23,890 nt of DNA from Octopus sinensis (taxonomy: Eukaryota), in NCBI RefSeq assembly GCF_006345805.1, contig NW_021836551.1:1-23890 (forward strand). The letters are read 5' to 3'. Below, piece after piece: positions 1 to 9,865 of this stretch. Numbering within the stretch: position 1 is the stretch's first letter; the number at the start of each line of letters is the position of its first letter. The notes beneath the pieces were generated by a model. That model had not been told where the DNA came from, made no database searches, and worked only from the letters and a program-made list of their open reading frames with translations. The translations under genes and the position numbers were made by a program.

Positions 1-176
1 AATAAATTAGTCAATAGATTATATATTATTCATATAAAAATATCGTGTACATTAAAACACATTAAGAGGCTTCCATCATAGGAAAGCCATGCACTAGAAA
101 GAGCAGTAAACAACTGAAACCACTAATTAGGGATAAATTCACAAAGGGAAAGAAAATTAAAAACATTTACCATCTA

Positions 177-188
177 ATTATATATATA

Positions 189-244
<56 letters not shown>

Positions 245-248
245 TACA
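177..248. repeat. (TA)n-(CA)n compound microsatellite
   Basis: Directly visible dinucleotide runs. Confidence 0.95.
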
Positions 249-339
249 CCCAACAGGCTATTACCAAAACTGAGTGTAGGTCAGCCTGGCTCCCCCAGCT
301 GACCAAATAGAATGAGGTATTCTCAAGGTTCAGTGATTA

Positions 340-490
340 ACCCCCTGCCATTGACAGAATTTAAACTCAAAACACAAAAAGAGCCGGAATAGACCCTGCA
401 AGTTCAATGCCAGAACAATTCAATCCTGTCCACCTCACTGGACAGCTATTTCATTTATTGGCTCTGAAAGGCTGAAAGATAAACTTGACC
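340..490 (-). mobile_element. Degenerate tRNA-derived SINE fragment
   Basis: GAATTTAAACTC and TTTATTGGCTCTGAAAGGCTGAAAGATAAACTTGACC resemble the better preserved copies at 14833-15064 and 17045-17270. Confidence 0.5.
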
Positions 491-613
491 AAAGGCATGG
501 CTTGAACATGGGATGGATAAAGCCAGGCTATCCAACTACTCTGCCGATTTATTCTTTACTATTATCGCTGAAATCAAAATAGTGCTGATGTAAGGAAGTT
601 CTAGAATACTTAC

Positions 614-740
614 CATGTTTCAAATCTTGGTCAAGAATGGCTTTATCTGGACATAAAACCATATGATACCGAAATTCTGGCTCTGGAATTCTATGTTTGT
701 TATTAAAAGGACAAATTCGAGTTTTTTTCATAGGAAAATT
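614..740 (-). CDS. GTSF1: GTSF1/Asterix-like protein, coding exon with CHHC zinc finger 2 (gene continues beyond window start)
   Basis: Polypyrimidine tract and TTTCTAG| acceptor (742-741). The 127-nt exon reads NFPMKKTRICPFNNKHRIPEPEFRYHMVLCPDKAILDQDLKH+G, a second C-x5-H-x9-H-x3-C motif. Ends at donor G|GTAAGT (intron starts 613, phase 1). Joins in frame to the 2697-2810 exon (CRK|NFP). Confidence 0.88.
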
Positions 741-769
741 CTAGAAACAAAAACAAAAAAATTTATGTT

Positions 770-1790
770 TTTAATTGACTCTTGCATCAAAAGTATCAAC
801 CCTGATTTCATAACAGCCACAGAAACATGGCCCCTGTCTACTCTGCGATGCTGGTTTTAGCATGGTTGGTTACAACTTGTTTTGCAAAGACCAGTGTGAT
901 GGTTTACATTTGCTCCAACTTTTCGACAATTCTTTAACCCAATCATAAAAGGTTTTTTGTTTTGTGATATATACATCAGCTACTTGGAGCGATCTACTGC
1001 CCACCAAATTACCATCAAGGCACACAGCTTTTTACATCCTCAGGACTGCATCTAGGAAAACAACCACTTGTTTTCATTGCTGGTGACTTCAACTACTCCA
1101 AGATTGATTGGGAAACTTTTCATTGGCTGCAAAGTGTAAATCATTTCCTTGACAGAGTGCTGGATTCAAGCTGGTCCCATGTAGTCACTTTTCCCCCACA
1201 AGAGGTAACAACACTTTGAATATGCTCTTTACTTCTCCTGAAATGGTTATCAGTGACATTACCGAGGAACCTTCAAGCAACTCTGGTTATGCTATGGTCA
1301 TTGCCAATTTGTCTTTTGTGGGCAAAAACAAGAACCATCACCACCTCCAAACTGCTTGCTTTGACTGGAACAAAGCAGGGAACCGTTATCATGCCGAGTT
1401 ACAATGTTCAAACTGGTTTGAATTTTGCAATTCTGGATATGTCAATGCTGCACTTCAGAACATCCTCAGTTCAATCTGGTCCATATATGAAGCATCAGCA
1501 CCACACAAATGCTTTAAAAATCCCCAAAGTGTAATTTGGCAGCAGTTCAACTTACCCAGAAAGAACATCATGATGCTGAACTGGAATATAGACTACATAG
1601 AACCAACCCTGACAGAAAAATGTTCTGGAAATATGTATGTCCGAAGCAGAGACCTCACTCTTCCAGTTGACCGTCTTTGCAATCTCCACACAGGTTAGAT
1701 TACTGATGATTCCAAAGAATGTGCAGAACTTATAGCTGAATGCTATGCTGGCATTTTTACTGTTGAAAATCCAAACAGAAATTTTCAAAG
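770..1790 (+). mobile_element. Decayed CR1/L2-type LINE ORF2 fragment (AP endonuclease and linker) in the GTSF1-like intron
   Basis: Ordered APE motifs across frameshifts: NPDFITATETW (~797-830), GYNLFCKD (~868), LLGAIYCPP (~980-1006), FIAGDFNYSKIDW (1073-1111), then FDWNKA and DDSKECAELIAECYAGIFTVEN (~1705-1770), typical of the CR1/L2 linker. No RT domain present. Confidence 0.75.
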
Positions 1791-2059
1791 TAGTATCTAT
1801 AAAACTAGTTTTTAAACACCGAATGGCTATGAGGGTCTACCAGAATAAAATTGTAATCAAAAAGGTCCATAGATAGTAACCAAAAGTGATAAATCCAATA
1901 TAAGAGTTATCTCCCTTCCGAGACGGTCAAACAAAGAGAGCTGGAGACACTGCCAATTTATATTAATGGATGTTTAGAATATAGCTAAAAAAAAGGCTCT
2001 TACATAAAATTATGACAGAACTTCAATTTAAATATGAACCGTTTATGTACTGCAATAGC

Positions 2060-2594
2060 ATGTTGTCAACATAATGTGACAGTCCCATAAAAGGTAAGAA
2101 TGCTACTGTTATTTAGCCCTAGGAAACACCATTTCCAGTTGGACTTGACATATTTCCTGTGCCCATATGTTTTCAAAGTGGAGACAAGCACCTCCACCCA
2201 GCAAAACCAGCTACTGCATAAATCTCTCTGAGAGATTTAGAAATGTATCATTTCTATTTTCAAAAATCAGTGAATGTATTTCACTTGAAATATATGTTTT
2301 CAAAGGCGGATAGGCATCGACACTTAGCAAGCCATGCTACTCCAGACTGATGATGAGCAATGACTCTGAAACTAGACTCTGGATGCTGGGTGGAGGTGCT
2401 TATAACCTCCTTTGTAAATATAAGGACACAGGAATTGTGTCAAGACCAACAGGAAACGGTGTTTTCTAGGGCTAAATACTAGCATTCTTCCCTCTCCTGG
2501 GACTGCCACAATAAGTTGGCAACATAACATCACTTTATCGAGCTGCTACTGCATAAATCTGAGAGATTTAGAAATATATTATTTCTATTTTCAA
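2060..2594. repeat. Inverted/direct repeat cassette (probably Penelope pLTR-derived)
   Basis: Imperfect ~105-bp inverted arms 2060-2164 / 2424-2525; inner inverted pair 2189-2203 / 2384-2398; direct repeat GCTACTGCATAAATCT...TTTCTATTTTCAA at 2210-2263 and 2545-2594. Confidence 0.75.
2341..2383 (+). ncRNA. Minimal type-I hammerhead-ribozyme-like motif (core substitution at 16.1)
   Basis: TCCAGA-CTGATGA-T-GAG-CAATGA-CTC-T-GAAA-CTAG-A-C-TCTGGA: perfect 6-bp stem I, CUGAUGA and GAAA boxes, 3-bp stem II, palindromic CUAG stem III. U16.1 is A, so this copy is probably inactive. Confidence 0.55.
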
Positions 2595-2696
2595 GTTATG
2601 TACTGTAAAAGCAAGAATGTTCACAGCTAAGTTGAGATGAAAGGAGTTCAGAGTAACTACAAGAGAGAGATAATAACTACAGTAGAGTGTACTTAC

Positions 2697-2810
2697 TTTC
2701 CGACATTTTTCTAAATGGTAAACCATTCTCCTGCTCTGTACCCTGTGAACAGGGTCATATGGGCAGATTTCATAATCGTCTGGATCAGCAATGGGTATAG
2801 AGGAAGACAT
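2697..2810 (-). CDS. GTSF1: GTSF1/Asterix-like protein, coding exon with CHHC zinc finger 1
   Basis: Translates MSSSIPIADPDDYEICPYDPVHRVQSRRMVYHLEKCRK, an exact C-x5-H-x9-H-x3-C motif. Ends at a perfect donor AAA|GTAAGT (intron starts 2696, phase 0). An upstream acceptor TACAG| at 2817-2816 makes the exon 2697-2815. Resembles the N-terminus of vertebrate GTSF1 (CPYD..H...R..YHL.KCRK) as I recall it. Confidence 0.88.
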
Positions 2811-3535
2811 GAATCCTGTATTTGTCTATGAGAATATATAGAACTGTTATGCGTGAATATGTAACTGCAACTGGAAATAGCAAAAAAGAAGACATTGCTA
2901 ATTCAGGGAGATAATGATGGACTGAATGACAGGCAGAAAAAGGAGAGGGGAAAAAAATACTCAAACAGTTAATTGGAAAAAGAAAAACCTTAGAAGCATT
3001 TGATAAAGACTTTAAAAAGGGGGGGGGGACAATTAAAAAAATTAAGAATTTCACAGAAAACAATTGTCAGTTTGTTGAAAATTTTAATCCTTGTGGACAG
3101 AAATGGTGACAACCATGGACATGTTTCAGTCTAATTAAACCTCATCATGGGGTAGAAAGGGCTCCTTAGCCGTAGTGAAGGCAATCTATCTAGGGAGATA
3201 ACCTTACAATAAATCACTGGGTCCGTAGCTTAGAAATACTGGGTTGACGTCCAGCGGGAACAGCTTTGTTTCATGGAGGAGGAAAGATCTTCTTTAGTAC
3301 TTGGTTGTACAATGCTTTCCAATGTGTGTAGTAGTGGCGCGCGCACACATTATTAGCCATTTGAAAAGACTATGAAAGTCTCGACCACGGTCGAACAATG
3401 ATGATGATGATGATGATGGTACAGTCACCAGTCACAGTAAAGTCATGAAAGCATAATCATTAGTCATAGTCGAGTGGTCAGGTATAGTAGACTCGTCAGT
3501 CATAGTAGATTCATCTTAAATCTACTATTATTAAT

Positions 3536-3920
3536 GGAGGCACAACGGCCCAGTGGTTAGGGAAGCAGACTTGCAGTTGTAGGATTGCAGTTTCAATTCC
3601 CAGACCGGGCGTTGAGTGTTTGAGCGAAAACACCTAAAATTCCATGAGGCTCCAGCAGGGGGTGGTGGCGAACCCTGCTGTACTCTTTCACCACAACTTT
3701 CTCTCACTCTTTCTTCCTGTTTCTGTTGTACCTGTATTTCAAAGGGGCCAGCCTTGTCACACTGTGTCACACTGTGTCACGCTGAATCCCTCTGGAAACT
3801 ACATTAAGAGTACACGTGTCTGTGGAGTGCTCAGCCACTTACATGTTAATTTCACAAGCGGGCTGTTCCGTTGATCGGATCAACTGGAACCCTCGTCGTC
3901 GTAACCGACAAAGTGCCACA
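3536..3920 (+). mobile_element. tRNA-derived SINE with conserved central domain
   Basis: A-box-like GGCCCAGTGGTTAG and B-box-like GTTTCAATTCC head. Body TCAAAGGGGCCAGCCTTGTCAC...CAACTGGAAC is repeated at 21328-21480. Confidence 0.75.
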
Positions 3921-4646
3921 ACGATTAGTTGTGGACTGTAAAAAGTATTACATTTGAACACACGTAATGTATATTTTAGTCAAATCTACAACAGACATTG
4001 TTAATTTTTGATGTTTCAAATACTTTACTTTCATGAAAACAAAACTGAAAACTTGGACAAACTCTAAAGATTGCTGAGATTTCAATACTCTCATTCTCTC
4101 TTGCCGTATCCTCTTTCCCCTCCTCTTCTGAGTACAAAAGTTGTCACAGAGAACGAGATCACTCAATCTGCTTGAAATAGCAGAATATCTATGAAGTCAT
4201 TTTACCTGCTAGAAATAGCAGGTAAGTCTACATTCTTCAAAAGGAAGGAAAGGAGATCTGATTAAATTGTTTTAAATATTCTTTTGAGAGTGAGTGAGTT
4301 TCCCCCGGGTCTGAAATGGGGCTCGAGAACACCTGTTGTCCCAGTTGTGAGTAACTGTGACACAACTGACGACATTGTGATGCATAGATCATGATGATGT
4401 GATGTGTAGATCATGATAATTCCTATTAGCAAATGAAACATGTGTAATGGAGAATAAATAATACCAAAACTTCTTTCCAATTTCCAGTTTTGATATGCAA
4501 ATTGCTCCGCAAAAACTATTTCCCAGTATTTTTCAACTCTTATGTACATCTCACACAAATATAACACCTTCACATAATTTTGGAGTGCTAGAATATGCAG
4601 ATGTTCTTCACAAGGACACAGCTTGCATTATAACTACCTACATATA

Positions 4647-4835
4647 TCATTATCATTTAACATCCGTTTTCCATTCTGGCACAGGTTGGGACAGGAGCTG
4701 GCAAGCCAGAAGACTGCACCGGGCTTCTGTTGCACTGTTTGTTTTGGCAGGGTTTTTACAACTGGATGCTCTTCCAAATGCCAACCACTTTACAGTGTGG
4801 ACTGGATGCTTTTTACATGACACCAGCAGTGGCAA
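4647..4835 (-). mobile_element. Short 3'-tail copy of the RTE LINE family
   Basis: (CAT)n-like tail, TTTAACATCCGTTTTCCAT and CTGGATGCTCTTCCAAATGCCAACCAC, homologous to 21722-21900. Confidence 0.8.
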
Positions 4836-4974
4836 AGTCACCAAGTAACTCACAAGACAAAGGTCTTTTATTGGTGGGTGAGGGTATTGGAGGAGTTAGC
4901 CTGGTGCCAGGTGATGAGAGAGGGACCAAAACAGGTGTGGTGTTGTAAAGGAGATACAGGGTTGCCATAGTGAA

Positions 4975-5400
4975 AGAGAGAGAAAACGAGAGAAAAAGTG
5001 TGATCAAGAATGAGAGAGACAGAGAGAGAGAGTAATCAAGAATGAGAGAGAGAGTAATCAAGAATGAGAGAGAGAGTATCAAGAATGAGAGAGTAATCAA
5101 GAATGAGAGAGAGTAATCAAGAATGAGAGAGAGAGAGTAATCAAGAATGAGAGAGAGAGAGTAATCAAGAATGAGAGAGAGAGTAATCAAGAATGAGAGA
5201 GAGTGATCAAGAGAGAGAGTAATCAAGAATGAGAGAGTGATCAAGAGAGAGAGAGTGATCAAGAGAGAGAGAGAGAGAGAGTAATCAAGAATGAGAGAAA
5301 GAGAGTGAGAGAGAGAGAGAGGGGAAGAGAGTGATCAAGAATGAGAGAAAGCGAGAGAAAGAGTGATCAAGAAAGAGAGAGAGAGAGAGAGAGAGAGGAG
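4975..5400. repeat. Compound minisatellite [ATCAAGAAT(GA)n GT(A/G)]n
   Basis: Roughly 20 units of a fixed ATCAAG(AAT) anchor separated by variable (GA)n tracts; accounts for ORF 4813-5262. Confidence 0.92.
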
Positions 5401-5739
5401 AGATGGTGGCGATGTGCCAGGGCATACTCTCAAGGTAATTGTGATTCCACAGCGCCTATATATACATGTATGTGTTTATATATGACACACACAAGTCTGT
5501 ATACACACTTACACACACACTCACAAATGTGTGAGAGAGTTAAAAATGTAAGTGAATTCCAAGAAGATATTTTATTCTGCCATTCGTTGGTGAAAGAAGA
5601 GGTGGGGTGGGGGTTTAATTATGTTCGTCTGATTTAAATTGTTTAGCACCCAACAATTAATTAAAAGTCTTCCAGTGGCTAATTAGTGACTACCAAATTA
5701 TTCTTGACTAAACAAAGACAAATGGAAACATCTACATAG

Positions 5740-5915
5740 TCATTTGACCTGCTAAAAACAGCAGTCAAATCTCCCTCAAATCAAATCTTACCATCTTTGA
5801 TAAAAGCTGGTATGGAATATTATAGGAAAAACCTGATGGTCAAGGATCATTCAGTTATAGATCTAATTGAAATAGCTAAATCTCCCTCAAATCACACTAT
5901 CATCTTAAAAAAAGA
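5740..5915 (+). repeat. Short dispersed repeat GACCTGCTA(G/A)AAA(T/C)AGCAG(T/C)CAAATCTCCCTCAAATC
   Basis: Copies at 5744-5800 and 5865-5915, with related copies at ~4166-4230, 6583-6625 and (minus strand) 6440-6470. Confidence 0.6.
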
Positions 5916-6627
5916 CCTTTGGATAATATAATAGATGAAACAAAATTGGAAAAAGACAGGATAGTCATGGCCAGAGTGTCTTTAATCATAGCTATGTTCA
6001 GACAGGGCTGACTAGAGATTAAACAATGGCTACTCGAAACAGAATTATAATTTGGTTACACTATCATCTGAAATAAGACAGTTGGGGAAGAACCCTTCCC
6101 AACAACATCAAAATACTTTAGGGTTTTCTTGTGTCCTTGGACCCTCATCAACTCCTGGTGGAGTCAGAGGGAGCACTGTTGTGATAAATGGCCATGTGTT
6201 TGAAATTTTGAAACCTGGTAGAGCTGATTCTGCTAAAGATCTCAATGCAGATGATTTCATTCAGACAGAAAAAGAGCAGAGAGACAAATTGAGCCCAGTA
6301 CATGACTGATACTTGAAAGGATGAAAGGAAAAAATAACCATGATGGAGGTTTCAACTTAGAATGCTTTGTGGGTTTTGTTTTTGCTTTCTTTGCTCTATT
6401 TCACTCATTATACGAAACAGAGGGCATGATCTGATGGAGATTTGGCTACTATTTCTAGCAGGTTGAGCAACTTTGTCAGGAAACTTCTTTGTTGGCACAA
6501 AATATTTGAAAGTTAATCAGTCAGGGAAGTATGAACAGAAGTAACCATAAATACACACATACCAGCATCCACATGGGTGCTTGATCTGCTGGAAACAGCA
6601 GTCAAATTTCTTTCAAATCACATCCTG

Positions 6628-6800
6628 TAGGTGTGGATGTATGGCTAACAATCTTGCTTTCGAACCACATGGTTCCAGGTTCAGTCCCACTGCATGACAC
6701 CTTGAGCAATCATCATCTACAATGGTCTCAGGCCAACCACAAAGCCTTGCAAATGGATTTGGTAGTCAGAAACTGAAAAAAGCCCATCATGTGTGGGTTT
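6628..6800 (+). mobile_element. tRNA-derived SINE (second family)
   Basis: B-box-like GGTTCAGTCCC, followed by ACTGCATGACACCTTG...GGATTTGGTAG..GAAACTGAAA and a (TG) tail; related minus-strand copy at 11885-12000. Confidence 0.7.
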
Positions 6801-7140
6801 CCACACAATGCCGAAGCATCGTGTTTGCAACTGGGTGCTCTTTCTGTCACTGATCCTTATATATTTTTTTTCTTCAAATAAGGTATTTCTTATTCTACAA
6901 GTTTTCAAAACAGAACTAGCAGACAATTTATTGGAAAAGAAATGGCAACAAACTTCTTCATTTATAGTTCAGTAAGCTTTTCATTTGAAGCTTGCTGGAC
7001 ATAAGCTTTCAACACAACATGGGTGAATACACTTCATGAATATTTATACAAATCAATTCATAATATATTAATAGATTGTTATCAATGTAAACCATGTACT
7101 TTTCTTCAAAGTCTTACACACACACACACACAATATATAT

Positions 7141-7250
7141 GGCTCGAAATGTAAAAGACTTTTTCTATTCCTGAGCGTTATACTAATATATCTGTTTGTT
7201 TTGTACACCACCTGTCTTCGTCTTTTGTTTTTCTCGTAAATTCTCCCTAT
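7141..7250 (+). repeat. Fragment of a microsatellite-associated dispersed repeat starting with a half hammerhead-like motif
   Basis: GGCTCGAAATGTAAAAGA resembles the 3' half of a minimal hammerhead (stem II strand-GAAA-NGUA-stem I strand). The 5' half is absent. Ends in CTCCC(TA)n. Family assignment is from recall. Confidence 0.4.
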
Positions 7251-7258
7251 ATATATAA

Positions 7259-7345
7259 TTAAGCATAAATTATTTAGAGGACATAGAAATCTATTTTTAC
7301 AATTACATTATTTAGGAGATATGGTATTAGTACTATTAGTGTTAT
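7259..7345 (+). repeat. ~88-bp AT-rich module, copy 1 of 3
   Basis: TTAAGCATAAATTATTTAGAGGACATAGAAATCTATTTTTACAATTACA...AGTACTATTAGTGTTAT; other copies at 10017-10104 and 11790-11877. Confidence 0.9.
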
Positions 7346-7416
7346 GTATATATATATATATATATATAATATATAATATATATATATATATATACACATA
7401 CATATATATGTGTGTG

Positions 7417-7448
<32 letters not shown>

Positions 7449-7532
7449 ATATATATATATATAAAAAGGAAATGAAGAAAAAGCTGACAAAATAATTTAA
7501 GTAAGGGAGAGTGTATTTAATTAGGTAAAAGT

Positions 7533-7572
7533 TCTTTTTACCGGTTGCGCATTTGTTATGCTTATCAAAAGA
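7533..7572 (-). ncRNA. Variant minimal hammerhead-like motif in left pLTR arm
   Basis: Minus-strand reading TCTT-TTGATAA-GCAT-AACAA-ATGC-GCAA-CCGG-TA-AAAAGA: 4-bp stem II, palindromic ACCGGU, U3/A8 and C13 core variants, imperfect stem I. Confidence 0.4.
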
Positions 7573-7923
7573 TATTTTTTATATGTATGTTGGGGCGCGC
7601 GCGCGCGTGTATATATGTGTGCGTGTGTGGGTACAATTTTCAATATTTATAGTTCTGCTGGCCTTGTGCCTGTATCGGGAAGCAATGTGTTTGTGTGAAG
7701 TCAATATTTACAGTCATTTCCAAAAAAATAGTGTTGGATGTTTTGCACCCGTATCAAATTATGTGTATGTGTGGAACCATATATTTGCGTGTGTCATGGT
7801 GTTAATATCTGGGTAAAAGTGTGTGTAGGGTGTGTGCAGGTGTAAGTGTGTTTGTTGTGTGTTCGTGTTAGGGGGATGTGTTTAGAAGTGGTCTGTATTT
7901 ATTAATAATGTGGGATTCCATGG

Positions 7924-9072
7924 TTATTCACTGGGTATTTGTAGAGGGGTATGAGTGGCATTGTCTTTAAATTTGTAGAGGGGAAAGATTCTAAAATTGG
8001 GATGAAGTTGTGCGGCACAGGTATCAATATGTGCACTAAGTGCTATTTTTCTGTATTCCTGTATTTTTATTTGGGATCTGTGGACAGTCATGCGTTGGCG
8101 GAGGCTATTTTTAGTTTGGCCTATGTAGTGTTCATTACAGCCCGAGCAAGTTAAGACATATACTAGGTTTTCTGATGCGCATATGAAGTTGTGTTTTACT
8201 GTGAAACGTTGTCCTTGTTTAAAAAGGAATTCCGGACCTTCTATTAGGTTGATGCATATACCACAGTTGGGTCTACTGCATTTGTTTACTGTGGGTTTAG
8301 TTGTTGTGGTTGGCAGTACTTTGGCATTTGTTAGGATGGTTTTCAATGATTTGGGTTGCCTTTTGCTCTTTATGATTTCGTGTGTTAGGAGGATTTGGTT
8401 CATTCTATGGTCCTTTTTTAATACAGGAATGTTCTGGAGGATGGTGTCAAAAGCTTCATTGTTGAGGGGGTTGTGTGTAGAGATGTATGGTAGAGTATGG
8501 GGTTTCGATGTAACAGGTTTAGGGCGTCTGAGTTCCTGTGTGCTGAGTTTTAGGGCGCATTGGATCCCATTGTCAATTAGTGACGTGGGGTAATCCCTGC
8601 TTGTTAATGTGTCCTTAAGTTCTTGTAGACGTAAGAGACGGGTGTTATTATTGGAGACTATAGTGCAAATTCTCTTGGCTAAGTTGTAGGGAATGTTAAT
8701 TTTAACGTGTCTAGGGTGGCATGAATTGAAAGGGAGGTATTGCTTGGAGTCTGTGGGCTTGTCTGTTTCTATTTTTTTGTTGTGAATTTTAATGAGGATG
8801 TCGAGGAAGAGAATTTGTTGAGGGCTGTATTCCATTGTGAAAATAATGTTTGTGCTGAGCCCGTTTATAAGGGTGTGAAATTCTTTAAGCTTCTCGATGG
8901 TTTCGGGCGAAAGGATGAAGCAGTCATCAAGATATCTCTTCCAGTTCTTCTCTATGTGTGTGTGGAGAGTGGTGCCAAATTGGTTAAGAACGTTATTATA
9001 GAGGGTGATTTCCAGGTATCCCATGATTAGGTTGGCGTAAGTGGGAGCTGTTTTCGTTCCCATTGCCGTCCC
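7924..9072 (-). pseudogene. Penelope-like RT (C-terminal part) and GIY-YIG endonuclease
   Basis: GTAMGTKTAP, WKRYLDD, FLD, KPTDSKQYLPFNSCHP, CxxC, and NLVYVLTCSGCNEHYIGQT...R...H (GIY-YIG). Truncated at the GTAMG motif. C-terminus is frameshifted near 7940, with the likely true end INKYRPLLN in another frame. Confidence 0.92.
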
Positions 9073-9470
9073 TGAACCATATATTTGCGTGTGTCATGGG
9101 TGCAAAACATCCAACCCTATTTTTTGGAAATGACTGTAAATATTGACTTCACACAAACACATTGCTTCCCGATACAGGCACAAGGCCAGCAGAACTATAA
9201 ATATTGAAAATTGTACCCACACACGCACACATATATACATACGCACGCACCCCAACATACATATAAACACACACACACACACACACACACATACCTCTTC
9301 CTGTCCTAAATGAACTTACTTATCCAGCTCAAATTCAGTCAAGCGGAAAATACACTCCTTAACTATGCACTAAAAAGCTATTTAAAATATCCACATGACG
9401 TCTACTGACCAGCCTGAACAATAAGAATTTTCAACAATGCTATTTTCGAAAACTCCATACACCACCCACA

Positions 9471-9750
9471 CCAACATCCATTCTAAACATTCACGTGACT
9501 CTCTATTATGACCACATCCACGTGACCTGTTTATTATGACCAATAAGAAATTTTAGGCGCGACACTAGCCAAATTTTAACATCTCTGGAACCTATTTTCT
9601 TACCCCAACACCAACTTCCATTCAAACATTCACGTGACCCCTTTATAATGACCAATCAAAATTGTATTAACCATTGTCCACAAGAAATTTTAGGCGCGAA
9701 ACCAAGCAAATCTTAAACAACTCTGGAGCCTCTTTTTTCACATATAAGAG
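9471..9750 (+). promoter_or_regulatory. Duplicated ~130-bp promoter-like module inside the right pLTR arm
   Basis: Imperfect tandem copies 9471-9600 and 9611-9740; CACGTG at 9492, 9519, 9631; CCAAT at 9540, 9652; TATAAG at 9743. Function is inferred only. Confidence 0.45.
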
Positions 9751-9825
9751 ACAGCAAACCCAACATAAAGTCAGATAAGAGAAAAAAATCTATCAGAAAG
9801 GAACTCTATCTCTCTTTAAAAAATA

Positions 9826-9865
9826 TCTTTTGATAAGCATAACAAATGCGCAACCAGTAAAAAGA
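9826..9865 (+). ncRNA. Variant minimal hammerhead-like motif in right pLTR arm
   Basis: Same as 7533-7572 except CCGG>CCAG. Confidence 0.38.

Noticed and set aside
1-613. Third GTSF1-like exon
   Set aside because: No exon with suitable splice sites and the expected acidic/Trp-containing content; the region is microsatellite plus a SINE remnant.
549-731. Single-exon 60-aa ORF as given in the track
   Set aside because: It reads through the donor at 613 into intron; the true exon is 614-740.
3130-3530. CpG-containing stretch with (GAT)n and AGTC-rich repeats as GTSF1 promoter or first exon (possible minus-strand GTAAGG donor near 3202-3207)
   Set aside because: The donor context is weak and the sequence looks like an unidentified repeat; there is no positive evidence.
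6052-6309. 85-aa plus-strand ORF
   Set aside because: No recognisable motif; its 3' part overlaps a degenerate SINE.
6880-6980. Possible plus-strand exon ending TTCA|GTAAGC
   Set aside because: No recognisable protein and no partner exons.
7951-9030. Plus-strand ORFs over the Penelope element
   Set aside because: Antisense shadows of the RT/GIY-YIG frame.
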